Origin: Rotaria socialis
Lineage: Eukaryota
Assembly: GCA_905331295.1 (NCBI GenBank)
Contig: CAJNYD010000596.1
Span: 129,345 to 193,344 of the forward strand
Reading direction: 5' to 3'
Length of the DNA: 64,000 nt
Part shown: positions 51,018 to 64,000 of the stretch, piece after piece
How the letters are laid out: each line of letters opens with the position of its first letter
Position numbering within the stretch: position 1 is the stretch's first letter
Notes under the pieces: model-generated
Seen by the model: only the letters and a program-made list of their open reading frames with translations
Database searches by the model: none
What the model was told of the DNA's origin: nothing
Translations under genes and position numbers: made by a program

Positions 51018-54000
51018 TAAAAGTATTAAGAAAAACAGAGTTCGCTTTGTCCGTTCGTCATATTAAATTAACTTTGTTTTTCGTTTCGTGTTGTAATCGA
51101 TTCGATTAATACATTTCATTTGTTTCCTTCTTCGAGAGTGTTGTTTGGTTTTGCGAAATGACTACGAATATATTTTACTTAAATAGTATAATAAAAATTA
51201 TAGATGGTACGAAGTCGATAATACATGTAATGGACCTTCATGAGAAATAGGGACGAAAGATTGAATTGAACTAAACTCGAATCTATATAGTCCACGATTC
51301 GCCTATACTTTCTCTTTAATATCAAAAGGCTATTCAGTAGATGTCTCTTGTCATCGAATTGCATTCTAGAAACTTTAGAACTAAGTGACCAAATACTTAA
51401 TACTTTTATTAATGTTATTTCTTATCATAAGTATATGAAAATTCCAATACCGCTTGAATATCTTCTGTCTTTGATCACGGTGCTATGGTTTATATATTTT
51501 CGTTGTTTTGATTCGAACTAGTAATTCATCATGTAAAAATAAGTTGCACGGAACAGAGTATATAGGTACTCTAAATTATTTATTGTTACGATTTTGAAGG
51601 TATTATGATAACGAAAAAGTCTAAACCATCATGAAGTTTATCGGTCAAGGAAATAACGTTACATATCAGTGCATTGAATACTTATCAGAAAGCATAATAC
51701 AAACGATGAATATTCTAAAACATGTTGTTATTAAAATTCAATTGCATTTACAATTTAAAGATAAATGAATAACATATAATTTGATCTTATATGCCAAACG
51801 ATTTCCATGGAATTGTTATTTAGTATCGTATCACGATCAGCGTCATCAGATTCAGTGTGATAATATCATTTTATTTTATTCATTAGAGAATGAGTATTAG
51901 ACACTGATACAACAGCTTCTATCGAGTAAACATATCTGATGAATGAATACGTCAGATGAGTTCCAAAATGCAGCTCCTAAGTCGATCATCACGACGACCA
52001 AAATCGATCGCACAAGACCGAAAACGCTAACGTATGCTACCGTTTCTTGCTGTTTTCGACAGTAAATCGTCGTAAATTGACGTTTTCTGATGCACCATAT
52101 TACGGTCGTATTTCACCGAATCGTAAAAGGCCAATCACGGTTATAATACGCTCGAAACATTGACTATCTGACTGTTTATGATCCTATACGATCGTGTATT
52201 TTTCACCTAGATTAATTCATTTTATCTAATATGATTTTTAAGTAATGAATTTATTAACATTCGAGTCCTTGATGTCTTCAGCAAATGGGCCTCAATAACT
52301 TTTGAACAATCGGAATGTATTAGTGAAAGACATATAAATTATGAACATGATTGAAATTTCCTATTTTTGCTTTATTTTATGTACATGCATATGTGCATAT
52401 AAAATTGTTAATTTCATGAACATACTTCTTTGTCTCTGAGAAACTATCAGATCATGAGTTTATTTCTATTTTAGATGATACATAATATGGGTGTGGGTGT
52501 TGCTGCGAGCGTTGGCTTGTATCTGGGTGTGACTCATTTGCTATCACACCTACACCCACGCTTGAACTTTAAAATGTTCTAAAAACCGGCGCTCGAATCT
52601 ATAACCCTAACACGTGCAGTATGGCACGTGTTTTTACAAAGCCGGCCGGTACGATTTCTGTGGGTGTGGGAGTTTCATTCAGGGCTTCATTGATACAAAC
52701 ACCCACACCCACACCCTCAGGCTTCATTTAGAAATTTGTCGGATTTTTCTCGGGTCGGATTTCTGATTGAAAACCTTCGGATTCGGTCGAGATCTGGTTG
52801 AACTACCTTGCTCCAAGTTAAATTCGGATCCTAAATAAATTTTCGAGCTAGGTGCGGGTTCAAAAGGTTGAACCCGCTCAGGACTCTATGTAGCGTGCAA
52901 TGAGTGACTTAGCGTAGAGCGAAAATCAAATATGAAAACACTTATAACTAGAAATCGCTTACAAATATAGAATAAAACAAGTAGATTTCGAGCAGAAATC
53001 CATTAATTAGGTCGCCCACTATCTGAAATGTAACTGAACAGGTCTTCATGGATCGGCCAGGGAAGATGGTGGCTGACGGATCTTTTCATGAGTCATACGA
53101 ATTTCGTATCTACTTGAATTAAGCCCATACAGATATGTTCTTTCCATAGCAACTACTTCATAGGATCCCTGAAACATAAGTCTTCTGGATTTAATCATTG
53201 AAATGACTATTAGCTCGTAAGATGTTGAAGTAACTTTTACACAGCCATGAATTTTTCCAGTCAGTTTTGATTCCTCGTTAGGTTTATTCAGTACGGTATT
53301 GTTAATATGAACAATGTTTTTAGCAAAAAATAAGAAGAATATAAATTGACAGAAAAAACTGCTGCGCATGATAAACAATATGCCAATTGTAAATTGCCTT
53401 GCTTTTTGCAAGATTTGAAAACTCACTATTATTGAGAGAAAATTCCCTGTTTGTTCGATTTTTGAAACGGGCCATTTCAATTACTAGTTATTAATCAAGG
53501 ATGACAGATACTTTTCAATGACGCGGCAATCAGAATTCAATGAATCGAGAAGTTAAGATGCCCCCTAGAAAATTATCATGGATTCGTCATGCCTATCATT
53601 TACATGCATTGAAACATAGAATATATTATGGTACGGCTCATACTATATTTGTTCTCACAAACTGTAGCCGATATCTTGAAACAACGTTTCAAGAAATATG
53701 TCCCTACGTATCTACGATTATTCGGGCATCCAGTAAAAATGTTCCAAAGACGTCTGATGTGATCGCCTCACATTGCGTAGTCTTCTTCAACTCTGCAGTT
53801 GCAAACAGTATAATTATTTCTTATAGGTAATCATGCAATGTTACTGTAGAGTTTTTATTGAAGTTAAAATGTTCAGAGTTCAAAATACAATCGTTATTAT
53901 AAATGTAAGCATCTTTTCTTTTATAACAAGTTAACATAAAAAATTAGTGTGGGTTAAAGGTCAGAATATATGCACACATTACAACATTGAAAGCAGTCGT

Positions 54001-54296
54001 ACTTTTCCGAAATTCACAAGACATACGAATTTCTTACGAACTTGAAAGAAACAAAGTACAAGCTTAATGCAAAACATCATTCAAAGAGTTGTTTCAAGCA
54101 ATACTAAAAGCGTTCATATTAATGATAGTTTCGATAAAAATGTAAAATTGTGAGTGCGAAAGATACAAATATTCATGTCCACAGTCTAATCGTTTGTGTT
54201 TGTTCCATTACTGTACTCAAGCTTCTCTCTAGTAGCAAAGTATATAGGAAGATGATAATTATGCAATCAAATAAATGATTAGAACATGCAATATAT

Positions 54297-55358
54297 TCAT
54301 ACCTGCTCAGCGATCGGAGGCATAGCAACAGTCAAACGTTGAACATGGGTTGGTACAATTGTGGCTGTACGTTGTGAAAACTGTGCTCGTGCATTTCTTA
54401 TCACTCCTATCTTTCCCCATACTTCTGGCAATGAACCTAAGCAGACGTACGGCAAAAGTAGAGGAATAAAGTAGCATAAAAAATATGTATAGAGTTCAAC
54501 TTCCGAGCCAACTTCACGTGGTAATCCACATAAATGCGCAAATATAAGGATTGGTACAGGTAAAACGATAAAAACATATAGTGACGCTATCGAAAGCAAT
54601 TGAATCGTCATTCTTCGATATCTACGCCATTGAATAGGCCGTCGAAGGCGATACTTTTGATAAATGATGCGTACCAATAGTGCAATACTGAATACAATTG
54701 TCAAGATAATTGACAAGATTGTATTTACCATTACATCATATGTTGAAAGTGCAAAGTCACTGAGATAGCATGGGTACGAACACCAAGGTTGACTGTAGTC
54801 GTATACTTGTTCACAGCTTGGAAAAAATATAACAGTTGTGTAGAATGTAAAACCATAAAGAAGAACTCCACCAAGTGGGAGATAATGAAAGAGAATACGT
54901 TTTCTTTTCGTGGATACAAGTTTATCATGAAATACTAAAATATGCCTTTCAATTGATGCGTATGCTATTAAAATACTAATCATAAGAAATACACCCACAT
55001 TGACAAACCACCAAAGTTTACAGAAGAAATGCGCTTCTAGCCAAACATGACTCAGCCAAGAGAAAGCAAGATAAAATGGGATGTCGATTAGCTGTGTCAA
55101 CAATGCACCAAGCAGAGAAAGAATAACAACATGATTATGTAATGCTGTGCGTAAAGATCGATCCATGAGTAGATGATAGATAAGCAGCAAAGTGCATGTA
55201 AGGCCTGGTACTTCGAATGAGAGTAAAAGCCAAAAACGTGCTGGTAGGGGCATCGAAATATCTGGTGCACTTGTTGGAGTAGTACTATTGTCAATATTAT
55301 CATTGAGTGACACTGCTCTCGGTTGGATAAAATTAGGTGTATCTCTAATTGAATTCAT
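54297..55358 (-). CDS. Intronless class A (rhodopsin-like) GPCR, orphan
   Basis: Seven hydrophobic segments, LHNHVV in TM2, FCKLWWF before TM3, ASIERH in place of DRY, RRMTIQLLSI before TM6, N-terminal N-glycosylation site. Confidence 0.88.
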   Translation of the reverse strand: MNSIRDTPNFIQPRAVSLNDNIDNSTTPTSAPDISMPLPARFWLLLSFEVPGLTCTLLLIYHLLMDRSLRTALHNHVVILSLLGALLTQLIDIPFYLAFSWLSHVWLEAHFFCKLWWFVNVGVFLMISILIAYASIERHILVFHDKLVSTKRKRILFHYLPLGGVLLYGFTFYTTVIFFPSCEQVYDYSQPWCSYPCYLSDFALSTYDVMVNTILSIILTIVFSIALLVRIIYQKYRLRRPIQWRRYRRMTIQLLSIASLYVFIVLPVPILIFAHLCGLPREVGSEVELYTYFLCYFIPLLLPYVCLGSLPEVWGKIGVIRNARAQFSQRTATIVPTHVQRLTVAMPPIAEQV

Positions 55359-58300
55359 TGGCTCTGCTTCAGACTGCTATGGCAGGTACCATTGAATACG
55401 TGGAAACATGTTTTCCTTTGAATTCTAAAACGATGGAAAAATAGGAGCTTGCAATATTCTTTGATGAGAATAACACGTTAAAAAGCTGCTTTTCAAATGC
55501 CTTAAATTTTTTCAACTCCAAAATGCAGATGTGTCTCACTCAACAGAATGTGTGATTATGACGGAAATCTTCATGCAAAAGCGAAAAGACTTGAATGAAG
55601 TCCCCTGATATTTTACTCTAAAACTTTATAAAATCAGTACAAGCATTAGGAAGTCTACTGAAGCTATTGCCCGATCGAAAGAGAATGATTCGCATTGTTG
55701 GAATGCCTCTCAAAATAACGGATCGATAACACAACATCTCTTTCAGAATTGAGTCCATTGTAATAGAAAAAGTGCAGATAGGAAGATCTTAATAGACTAA
55801 TTAAATCCTTTCTAAATATATTTGCATGCTAGTGCTCAAATAAGATTTAAGCAGTAGTAGCGGTTACTGTACGTACTACTAGAAAAATATCTATCCTTAA
55901 AAAGAAGTAATGATACTTCTTTTAAGAAATATTTCATTTGAATAGCATAATTACTATCAGAAGCGGGCAAGCAAAGGGACTATACAAGAAAAAGATAAAA
56001 TGCAAAATTGAACAATAAGAAGAAATGAGCACATAGAGAGTGAAGATAAAAATAAAGTCGACTTCCTGCTTATCTGTCAAGATTTTTCCCAGCATGAATA
56101 GTTGCTTTCAAATAAAAAAATTCTTATGAATGATCATCTCCCACTGATTGCGTTCTTCGTTTTTGTTGTTGTTTAGTAGTATAAGACACCAACTTTTGAC
56201 TACATTCGAGCACCTATCACTCTTGAATAGAGATAGTGCAACTGATCATTAGATTTCTTCGTTGAAAGTACTTCAGTAGTTCATGCAACAGGCCCACGTT
56301 GGAGTCTCTTTCACAGTCAGTAACCTATCGAGTTGGCAGTTGAACAAAACATCTAATTGATTGAAGATAACAATGATGAAGATAGCCTATCAGTATATAA
56401 ATAATGTGGGTGTGAACAGCTACCATGATCTATAGATTTCATCCTTACCAAAGGAATCATTAGATAGCAATTAATCTTAATAATATTTTTCAAAAATCAC
56501 AAGATTATTTTATATCTGACATGCGTATATAGAGAATTAAAACTCATATACAGCCGGGTCGATCAACTTGTGTCGTACACGGCCGTTTGATATGCACCGT
56601 ATTACGGTCGTTTTTGTATCGTGCCATAAACGATCGGATACGGAAATATCCGACCACATTACGGTTGTTAGTAACCGTTTACGACACGATTAATTACGGC
56701 CGTAATACGGTGCGGGTGTGGGTGCGATAGAATATAGCGTGCATACACAGATCAACCAACATACCCTCACACCCACACCCACACCCACTAAAGTTATGAA
56801 TAACTATGTATTTCTTTTTTTTCAATAAAATTGATATTTGTAATAGAGTGTATTGAAGGAATTAGAAAAACAATAGCTAACACTAGAATTATAATAGTGA
56901 ACAAAACTGCAAGCTTAATTGCTTGAATTCATCAAAACGTTCTCCATACATGATTTTAGGTTGCGAAACTACCATATCACCTCATACTCTCTCACACATG
57001 AACAAATCTTAACATACTTACAATAATTCTGTCGTTTTTTTTATTACGACCTTCATGTCTTTGCCATTACGAACATCCGGACATTCTGATTCCGATCTCC
57101 AGTCAAATTTTGATGTTCATAAAGAGAAAATTTTACATGGAGTTCGGAATCAATTTTGAAAATAGTTTTTTCAATGGTTATAATCGTTGAAAAAGCTATT
57201 ATCAGAATTGATTCAGAACTCCTGCACAGACTCCAGTCCGAACACCATGTCTTTTTCTTCATGTCAGGAGATCGTAAACACATTAATTTACCGGGAGATT
57301 GTAAAAGGGGGTGAGACAAAGTGTCCCTTTCCCAATATGTTGCGTAGAGTCAATAATTTCGAAACTTTCACGATTAATCGGATAAAAAAGTAATTTTATC
57401 GGAGCAAAACTATTAGAATGTAGGTCACTAGCATCGATCTTCATATAGATAGAATGGACGGAAGAAAAGTTCATTATTAGAATCTCCTTCATATGCAATT
57501 CCCATGTAAAAATAAATAGGCATTTAACGAATTGATTTTCAAAATTAACGAAAAGAAACTGCGTTAAATCAAAAATTAACGAGATTTAATGAAAAGCAAT
57601 TCATGAAGCTTCGTTATCTTCCACAAACTCGTGAAAATGAGTTAGACTTTTCACGATTTTTCATGCGTTAATGACTTTTTAACAGTTACTAACGCGTTAA
57701 ATATCATGAAAACTCGCATCTGTTTTCACGCGTGAAAACATTTAACGCGTTTTCTTGAATGTTTTGTATTTTAACAAACTCTCATTTATTTAAGTTCGTT
57801 AAATTTAAATGTATTCACGTGTAAGCTAATTAGAGATTTTTATCGAATGGCTTCAATAAAATTCCAAGTTCAAGTTGCTAAGTATCGATTATGAATTATG
57901 AAGTGAAATATCTAACGAAAGTAATTTATGGATCCTTGATGTAAATGTTATGATCAGGCTTATCGATTAGGGAGGGGATCCGAAGAGCTAATCCCTTCTA
58001 AATATTGAAAACCTGTCAGACTCTTTGAGAAATCTTCTTATACTATCTGCCAGATTCTTGAAAGTTTTATAATAATTTCTGGCAGAAGTCCAGCATGAAC
58101 GATAGCATATAAACGTGGTGAATATAGCGACATCTATTTTCGGAAAGGAAATGTACTAAGCTGATAAGTGTGACTGTTTCGGATTTGATGTTCAAGTTCG
58201 CAGATCATTAATTTGATTATACTAGCAAATGTAGTTATCCTACAGAGAATTTTTGTGTGAAAGGAACAATAGAAAAGTTTATGCGTCAACAGCTCAGCTA

Positions 58301-58434
58301 TCACCTGAATAAAACGAAATGAGCAATGCTTTAGTAAAATGAACAAGTAAGTTTTAAAAAAATCTTGTCCCTTTAATAATTAAGAGAGTTTTGACGGGTA
58401 TCCAAGATAGGTAAAACATTTTGATGACAATTTA

Positions 58435-58830
58435 GGTAATCTGAACTTTGGTCGAAAGTAAAAATGTCAAAAATAAAAATGATGCAGAGAAATATCAAAG
58501 TAAAATTAATAGTTTTTATTGAACAAATAAGCAAATTACTAGTTTTAAAGAAGAGAAATTTATTTCTAAGTCACGGATTAAAAATAAAAAATAAAAAATA
58601 AAAAATAAAAAAATAGTGAATAGATTAGTTGATGAATGTTAATAAAAAATTTAGACGCAAAGTCCCATCTAGTTCATCGTGCCCGACGAGGCGTGACACA
58701 GTGGACCATTTCCGTCACCCTATTTTTTTCAATATTGAAGTTTCCGACATTTCGATATTTTTGTTTTGATATCCTTATATTTCGACGTTTTCCTTTCGAT
58801 ATTTTTCTTGCTACCAAAGTTCAGAGAATC
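58435..58830. mobile_element. Degenerate MITE, possibly Mutator-like
   Basis: TCTGAACTTTGGT / ACCAAAGTTCAGA inverted termini with AAAAT(A/G)TC(G/A)AAA subterminal repeats. Imperfect 9-bp flanks acaatttag / aaactttag. A similar terminus occurs near 60200-60238. Confidence 0.45.
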
Positions 58831-59086
58831 AAACTTTAGGTACTGACTTCCGTAAATTGGTCTGGTGAATATCGGACCAACTTAAAGCCGGTCAAATCTG
58901 AACATCCGATATGCTTCAGCTATTCGGGACAGGAATAGTTAATATTAAAATATATTGAAAAAATACCAANTAAGTATACTTCATTATGGTTTTTCTATAT
59001 TATCTATAAACAATTTAAACTGAATAAAATATACATACTTGGTAAGATGTATTGAAGAATGCGAATTCGTTTTAGTATGTTTGCAT

Positions 59087-59592
59087 TGGCGTGTACACCG
59101 TATTTATCATTGACTTCATTACGTGGGTGTTCTCCACTTACTTTTAATTACTTGAATCAATCAACCGTATCATTCTCAATAGGCAAGCAGTATCTTTTCA
59201 TATATGCATTCGTCCCCGTGTGGGTTTTTTCTTTTTCGATCTTCTTCCTTTTCTGTTTCGCTTATTTTTCGATTTTATTTTGCCATGATCAAAACAAAAA
59301 TATACGTTGATATACGAAATAAATCACTTTGGAATCTCGAAGTTACTTTTTTTAATGAGTAAAAGAAACCTTGATTGTTTGATCGCGAGGGTGTGAGTGC
59401 GAGTCTTCATGTTCTATTCCATGAATAATATCCGTACACCCAAATCCGATACTCACACCGTATACTTGCAATGGCGTGTAAACCGTATCTATCATTGACT
59501 TCATTACGTGGGTGTTCTCCACTTACTTTTAATTACTTGAATCAATCAACCGTGTCATTCTCAAGAGGCAAGCAGTATTTTTTCATGCATGC
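59087..59592 (+). repeat. Direct duplication of ~120 bp (59087-59208 and 59472-59593)
   Basis: TGGCGTGTA(C/A)ACCGTAT(T/C)TATCATTGACTTCATTACGTGGGTGTTCTCCACTTAC... present twice with few mismatches. Confidence 0.85.
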
Positions 59593-62503
59593 GCTCGTGA
59601 TTATCTTGAAAATGAATCAGCCAGTAGACTTAATTAAAACACAACGTTTATTATTAAAAGAAGGCTAACAGACAGTCTAAAACGTTTTTGGGAATGATTG
59701 CTAGTCCATCTTTAACCAATGTTGTATCTGCTTGATTAAAACTTCTTTTGTACCACAATTAAAGACAAACTTTCAAAAAATTCACATGCTGCAATGAGAT
59801 AGTTGATATATATATCATACAACGTCTTCATTTGACTTTGTAATGCTATTGTTCTTGTGTCTTTTGGCTTTGGTGCACCAGATGATCAGTCAAGTTTATA
59901 CCTTCTTTATTCGAATTAATGAAATATCAATCATCGTTGATGATAGATATTTAATCAGAGGGAGCTATCACTTTTATTTTGTTTCTCGAATAATGAATGA
60001 TTGAAGATTCCTATTCGTATGCTTCTTTGACCATTTCTTTGTACTGAATGAACAATAGTGTGATAGATGGGTCATACATTTACAATAAGATAAGTCAATA
60101 TTCGCCGTGAAATAATGACATCTTCATCATACACTTTTCCAAACAGTCTTCATTTAAAATTTCCTTTTTCTACAACAAAGCTTTATTTCAATGTTCGTAT
60201 TTTCGACATTTTTCTTTTTGACCAAATTCAAGTTTATCGCGCTCGTTACCGTGTGAACTTTTTCTCTTGTTTTGCGGTTTTATGTTATCATACTCAACAT
60301 AAAAATATACGTTGATATTTGCAATGTATTTTGAAATATCCGAATTTTTCATAACCAAGACTCTTTCTATATACAAGAAAAAATATCAGTGAATTATACA
60401 TTAAATACGACGAGGTCAGATATTTCTGTTGAACAAGTCTATTAAAATATCATTTCATTCGAAAGTAGGAAGAAAAATTTATACATATAGTTCATATTGG
60501 TCGAAAATGGTTATCACCATAAATGCATAGTGTTGCATCTTTCGTTATTAATCAATACTATCGAATTCAACAAACAGTTTTAGCTATGTGAATTAATGAA
60601 ATGCTATATCCGCAGGATATGCGATACGCGTAACTCATACACTTAATGTAAATAGCTTAAATTAGTTGAATTCAAAATTCTATTTATTTTTATTCCGTGG
60701 AGTAATTTATGGTCTTCCTTCAGTGTGTATAGGCAATTGGATCTATTACTTATTTTCAAGTAACAAAAAATATATGAGAAACGTTCGATATATAATTTTA
60801 ATTTGTTATCTAAGAAATTACTCATAAAAAGTACTATGGCATATACTTATGCATAGAAAATATGAAACATAGACGTAAAAACTAATATCAATGATCACAA
60901 TGATTTTCAGTAAATTCAGACAAAGATTTCAGACTGTAATATTGTAATAAATCATTTAAAATTAGAAGATCTTTAAACCTACTATAAAAAAAAGCACTCG
61001 ACTATTACGATACTACTGTGAGTGTCTATATTCCTCCAGAAACTCATCTAAATTGTTTTGATTCATTACTATATGATTCATTAAATCAACCGGAAAAGGC
61101 AAGAGTAACAAGGAGAAAAACTACATGAGAAGAAAGAAAAATTAGCTATTTGTTATTTATGCAAGATTTGACTACGAATCAAGATGAAGAAGACGGTGAT
61201 AGGAAATTAAAATCATCATTTGTTTCCATAGGTTCAACCAATACCGTATTGCATGATCTAAGAGATGATTCAATCCGAATATTTTGTAATGAAATGTTTA
61301 ATATGAGAATTATTATTTTCACTTTTAAGTTGATGGTAGAAAATTGAAATTTACGTTTGAGAAGCTATTTCAGGAGATAGGATTTTTTTCTTGGTGATTG
61401 ATGTTCTTTATAAACTGACTGACGACCAAGACTAAAAATTTAACTAAATCATGCTGATAATTCATAGTTTGATATTATTTTAAATTATTTTTAAACAAAT
61501 CGAAGTTATTTCTCTTGTTATTTATATCTATAAATAAAAGTACAAAAAGAATTTAATTCGCACAAATGACATTCTTTTGAGCATACACTACTGATCTTTT
61601 GTCAAAAAAATCTTATCAAGTGTTGTAGTCACCAGATCTTCATATTGAATATAGCATAAATGTTTGAAGACAAGGTAAACATGTGTTTGAATCGATAAGA
61701 TATCGTTCAAGATAATCAATGTGTACTGAACTAATGTAATGATTATCATCATGTATAACCAAATGTCGAACACTAATAAATCATTCACCAGGAAAATATT
61801 TGACTAAAAAATATAAATAAATTCACTGGAAAACTAGCTGGATTATTTTCCTCTACATGACAATGATTTTCTATTTGAAAAAAATCGTAATTGTATTCAA
61901 AATGTGCTCATTTGATTGACGATTAAATGAAAGTTCATGTAATCATGATAGATCACTGATAGTATTTCTCTTCAAATAATAGCCATGGATAAGCTTTACT
62001 TTTTTGTGATAAATGATAACGAGAACTATTTTGGATAGTTCAGTCCTGTATATTCAAATCAACATAGAAAAATAACATGAAAAATTATGGAGTCAATGTA
62101 GTTTGTGCGATTTATCAAAAATCATAAAGTACGTGCCATCTTGAAGCTTTTAATTTTGTTTATAAATAAATATGGCATGCAGAATATCTGTATCGATGCT
62201 TTTGCTTTCAACGATACTCCTTTACAATATATTGGCAGAACTGATAGTATGCATCAAAGTTTAGTCATAAGAAAGTGCACGCATCAGTAATTCAAATTCT
62301 ATAATGCTTTATCTATTCAGATGAGTATTCATTGATGTTTTAAGATAGAAAAGTAGGAACACGGGGAATGATCAACAAATGCAAAGTCCTATTTATTTTA
62401 TTATTTTGTGAGACATTCGCAAGCTGTTGAGCTCGATAGTTGTCGATGAATCAAAGGAAAATGATGAGTAAATGCAAGTCACCCTATTTTTTCGTAACAT
62501 ATC

Positions 62504-63211
62504 CAGAGATGTCATAATATCCTAACACCGGGTATCGTCGACATACCAGTCACGATATCCATTCAAGTGGATATCTAAAATGGATACTATAATGAATGCC
62601 CATGTTCCTCATAGCTGAGGAATTTGAGTGCATTTGGTGTAACGAGAATGGGTATCCATTTTTATGTATCCTCAGAACTCAGGAATTTGAAAGCATTTGG
62701 TGTAACGAGATTGGGTATCGGAAATGGATACCCTATTCTCGAAATACGTGACTTTATAATTATAAATAAGGAAACGTGATACTATGTTAAAATTTATTCT
62801 ATTCATGTAGTCCGCTTTATGCCAATTTTTATCGATATGTACAGATCTGTTTAACGAGTATTGCAGATAGCGTGCAATTCCAGGTAAATGTTCGTTGAAG
62901 AACTTCATTTTTACCTGATAACAATTTATTACGACGTTCATCACAATGACTCAAGGAAGTCGGGTTGAAACTGTAGCATGCTGTGTAGTTGGTGTTGTTG
63001 TGGATCGTCACATGTATGTTATTTGAATTGTGGCTTATATTAATTTGTTTGAAGTAGGACCTGACAGTAGGAAAATTTCCGATACTCAATCTCGTTACAC
63101 CAAATGCACTCAAATTCCTCAGCTCTGAGGATACGTAGATATCCATCCAACTGGGTATCCTATCTGGGTATTCATCTCGATACCCAAGTTGTGGATATTA
63201 TGACATCCCTC
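62504..63211. mobile_element. hAT-like non-autonomous element with internal direct and inverted repeats
   Basis: CAGAGATGTCATAATATCC / GGATATTATGACATCCCT termini and GGGTATC/GATACCC motifs. Block CCTCA..CTGAGGAATTTGAGTGCATTTGGTGTAACGAGA occurs twice on the left and once inverted on the right. TSD is degenerate. Confidence 0.7.
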
Positions 63212-64000
63212 CAGTATCGCGACTTTCGTGAATAGTGGAACTGTGAGGGAACCTATAGTTGATTCGCATTTCCTTTAGGAATTACCACAGCGACACTGAC
63301 AATTCCTCGGCACATTGGGAATTCCTATTTCTCAGTCATTGGACACTGCTGGTTCACGATAATAAACATTTGAACACATGGAAGCGATTTCCTCTTTTGA
63401 ATAACAAAACAAAAAAGAAATCATATTTTTTATGATTTTTTCATTTAAGTGGCATTCTAAAAATTTACTGTAGAACAAATAGTTGTAAATGTGTAACAAT
63501 GAAATTATTTTCTCTTCTGCGCGTTAACGTATTATATGAATAAGTGAGGAAATAAAAAGAAAAAAGATTACTCTGTTCAATTCTATTATAATATTTGATG
63601 CACAACTTCTGATGCATAGTTGCTGATGTAGAACGAACGACTATGAGAACAGCCATCGTAGCTGTCTAATTTTAACCTTGAGACATGTGTTTGTGATATT
63701 CACTGTTTTGTGTGTACTACGAAGCTTGTCAGATGAAGATTTATGTGTTAATTGCAATGAGTGACATAATCTCTTTGACGTATTTTAAATAAAATTTTCG
63801 TTCCGTAACTTAAGAAAGATGTTTGATAATTTTAACATTGAAATTTGAAGAAATATACAACAATGCATTGGGTATTCTATTATACACCATAAACGAACTT
63901 TTTTCATATTCTTAACCTGTGTTGATCTCAAGATTTGTCCCACAGCTCATGACTTTCTTACTTCAGAGCTTCAAGAAACTGATGCACTTGAGCAAGACGT

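Noticed and set aside
51970..57830. Motif-rich patches (51970-52210, 52735-52890, 56552-56710, 57505-57810) resembling MITE fragments
   Set aside because: Likely TE debris, but paired termini and TSDs could not be defined.
60900..64000. Scattered short ORFs at the right end of the window
   Set aside because: No recognisable homology or exon chain, and some overlap the 62504-63211 element.

Overview
AT-rich eukaryotic DNA with short (~50-65 bp) GT-AG introns. Gene families and telomere-like TGTGGG/TGAGGG motifs suggest a bdelloid rotifer (inference). Conventional genes: the 5' part of an axonemal dynein heavy chain (DNAH10-like, running off the left edge), a mu-class GST, cytosolic Hsp70, seryl-tRNA synthetase, a three-LIM protein, an ANKUB1-like gene, an intronless class A GPCR, and a decayed F-box-like pseudogene. 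Two genes look foreign. One is a bacterial-type YihY/BrkB membrane protein gene with two spliceosomal introns (11693-12762). The other, the top finding, is an intronless 640-aa ORF (24162-26084, minus strand) fusing a TPT/PEP-translocator-family transporter to an ExoV-like polysaccharide pyruvyl transferase; it is a candidate one-polypeptide PEP-import plus glycan-pyruvylation system. Much of the intergenic DNA is non-autonomous transposons, many with readable TIRs and TSDs: PIF/Harbinger and hAT MITEs, a Tc1 foldback, solo LTRs, and a non-coding two-LTR element with PBS and PPT. These are deeply nested at 26-35 kb and 47-49 kb. A dispersed family of tiny elements is bounded by inverted telomere-like repeats. 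Coordinates and splice sites were read by eye; no database searches were run.
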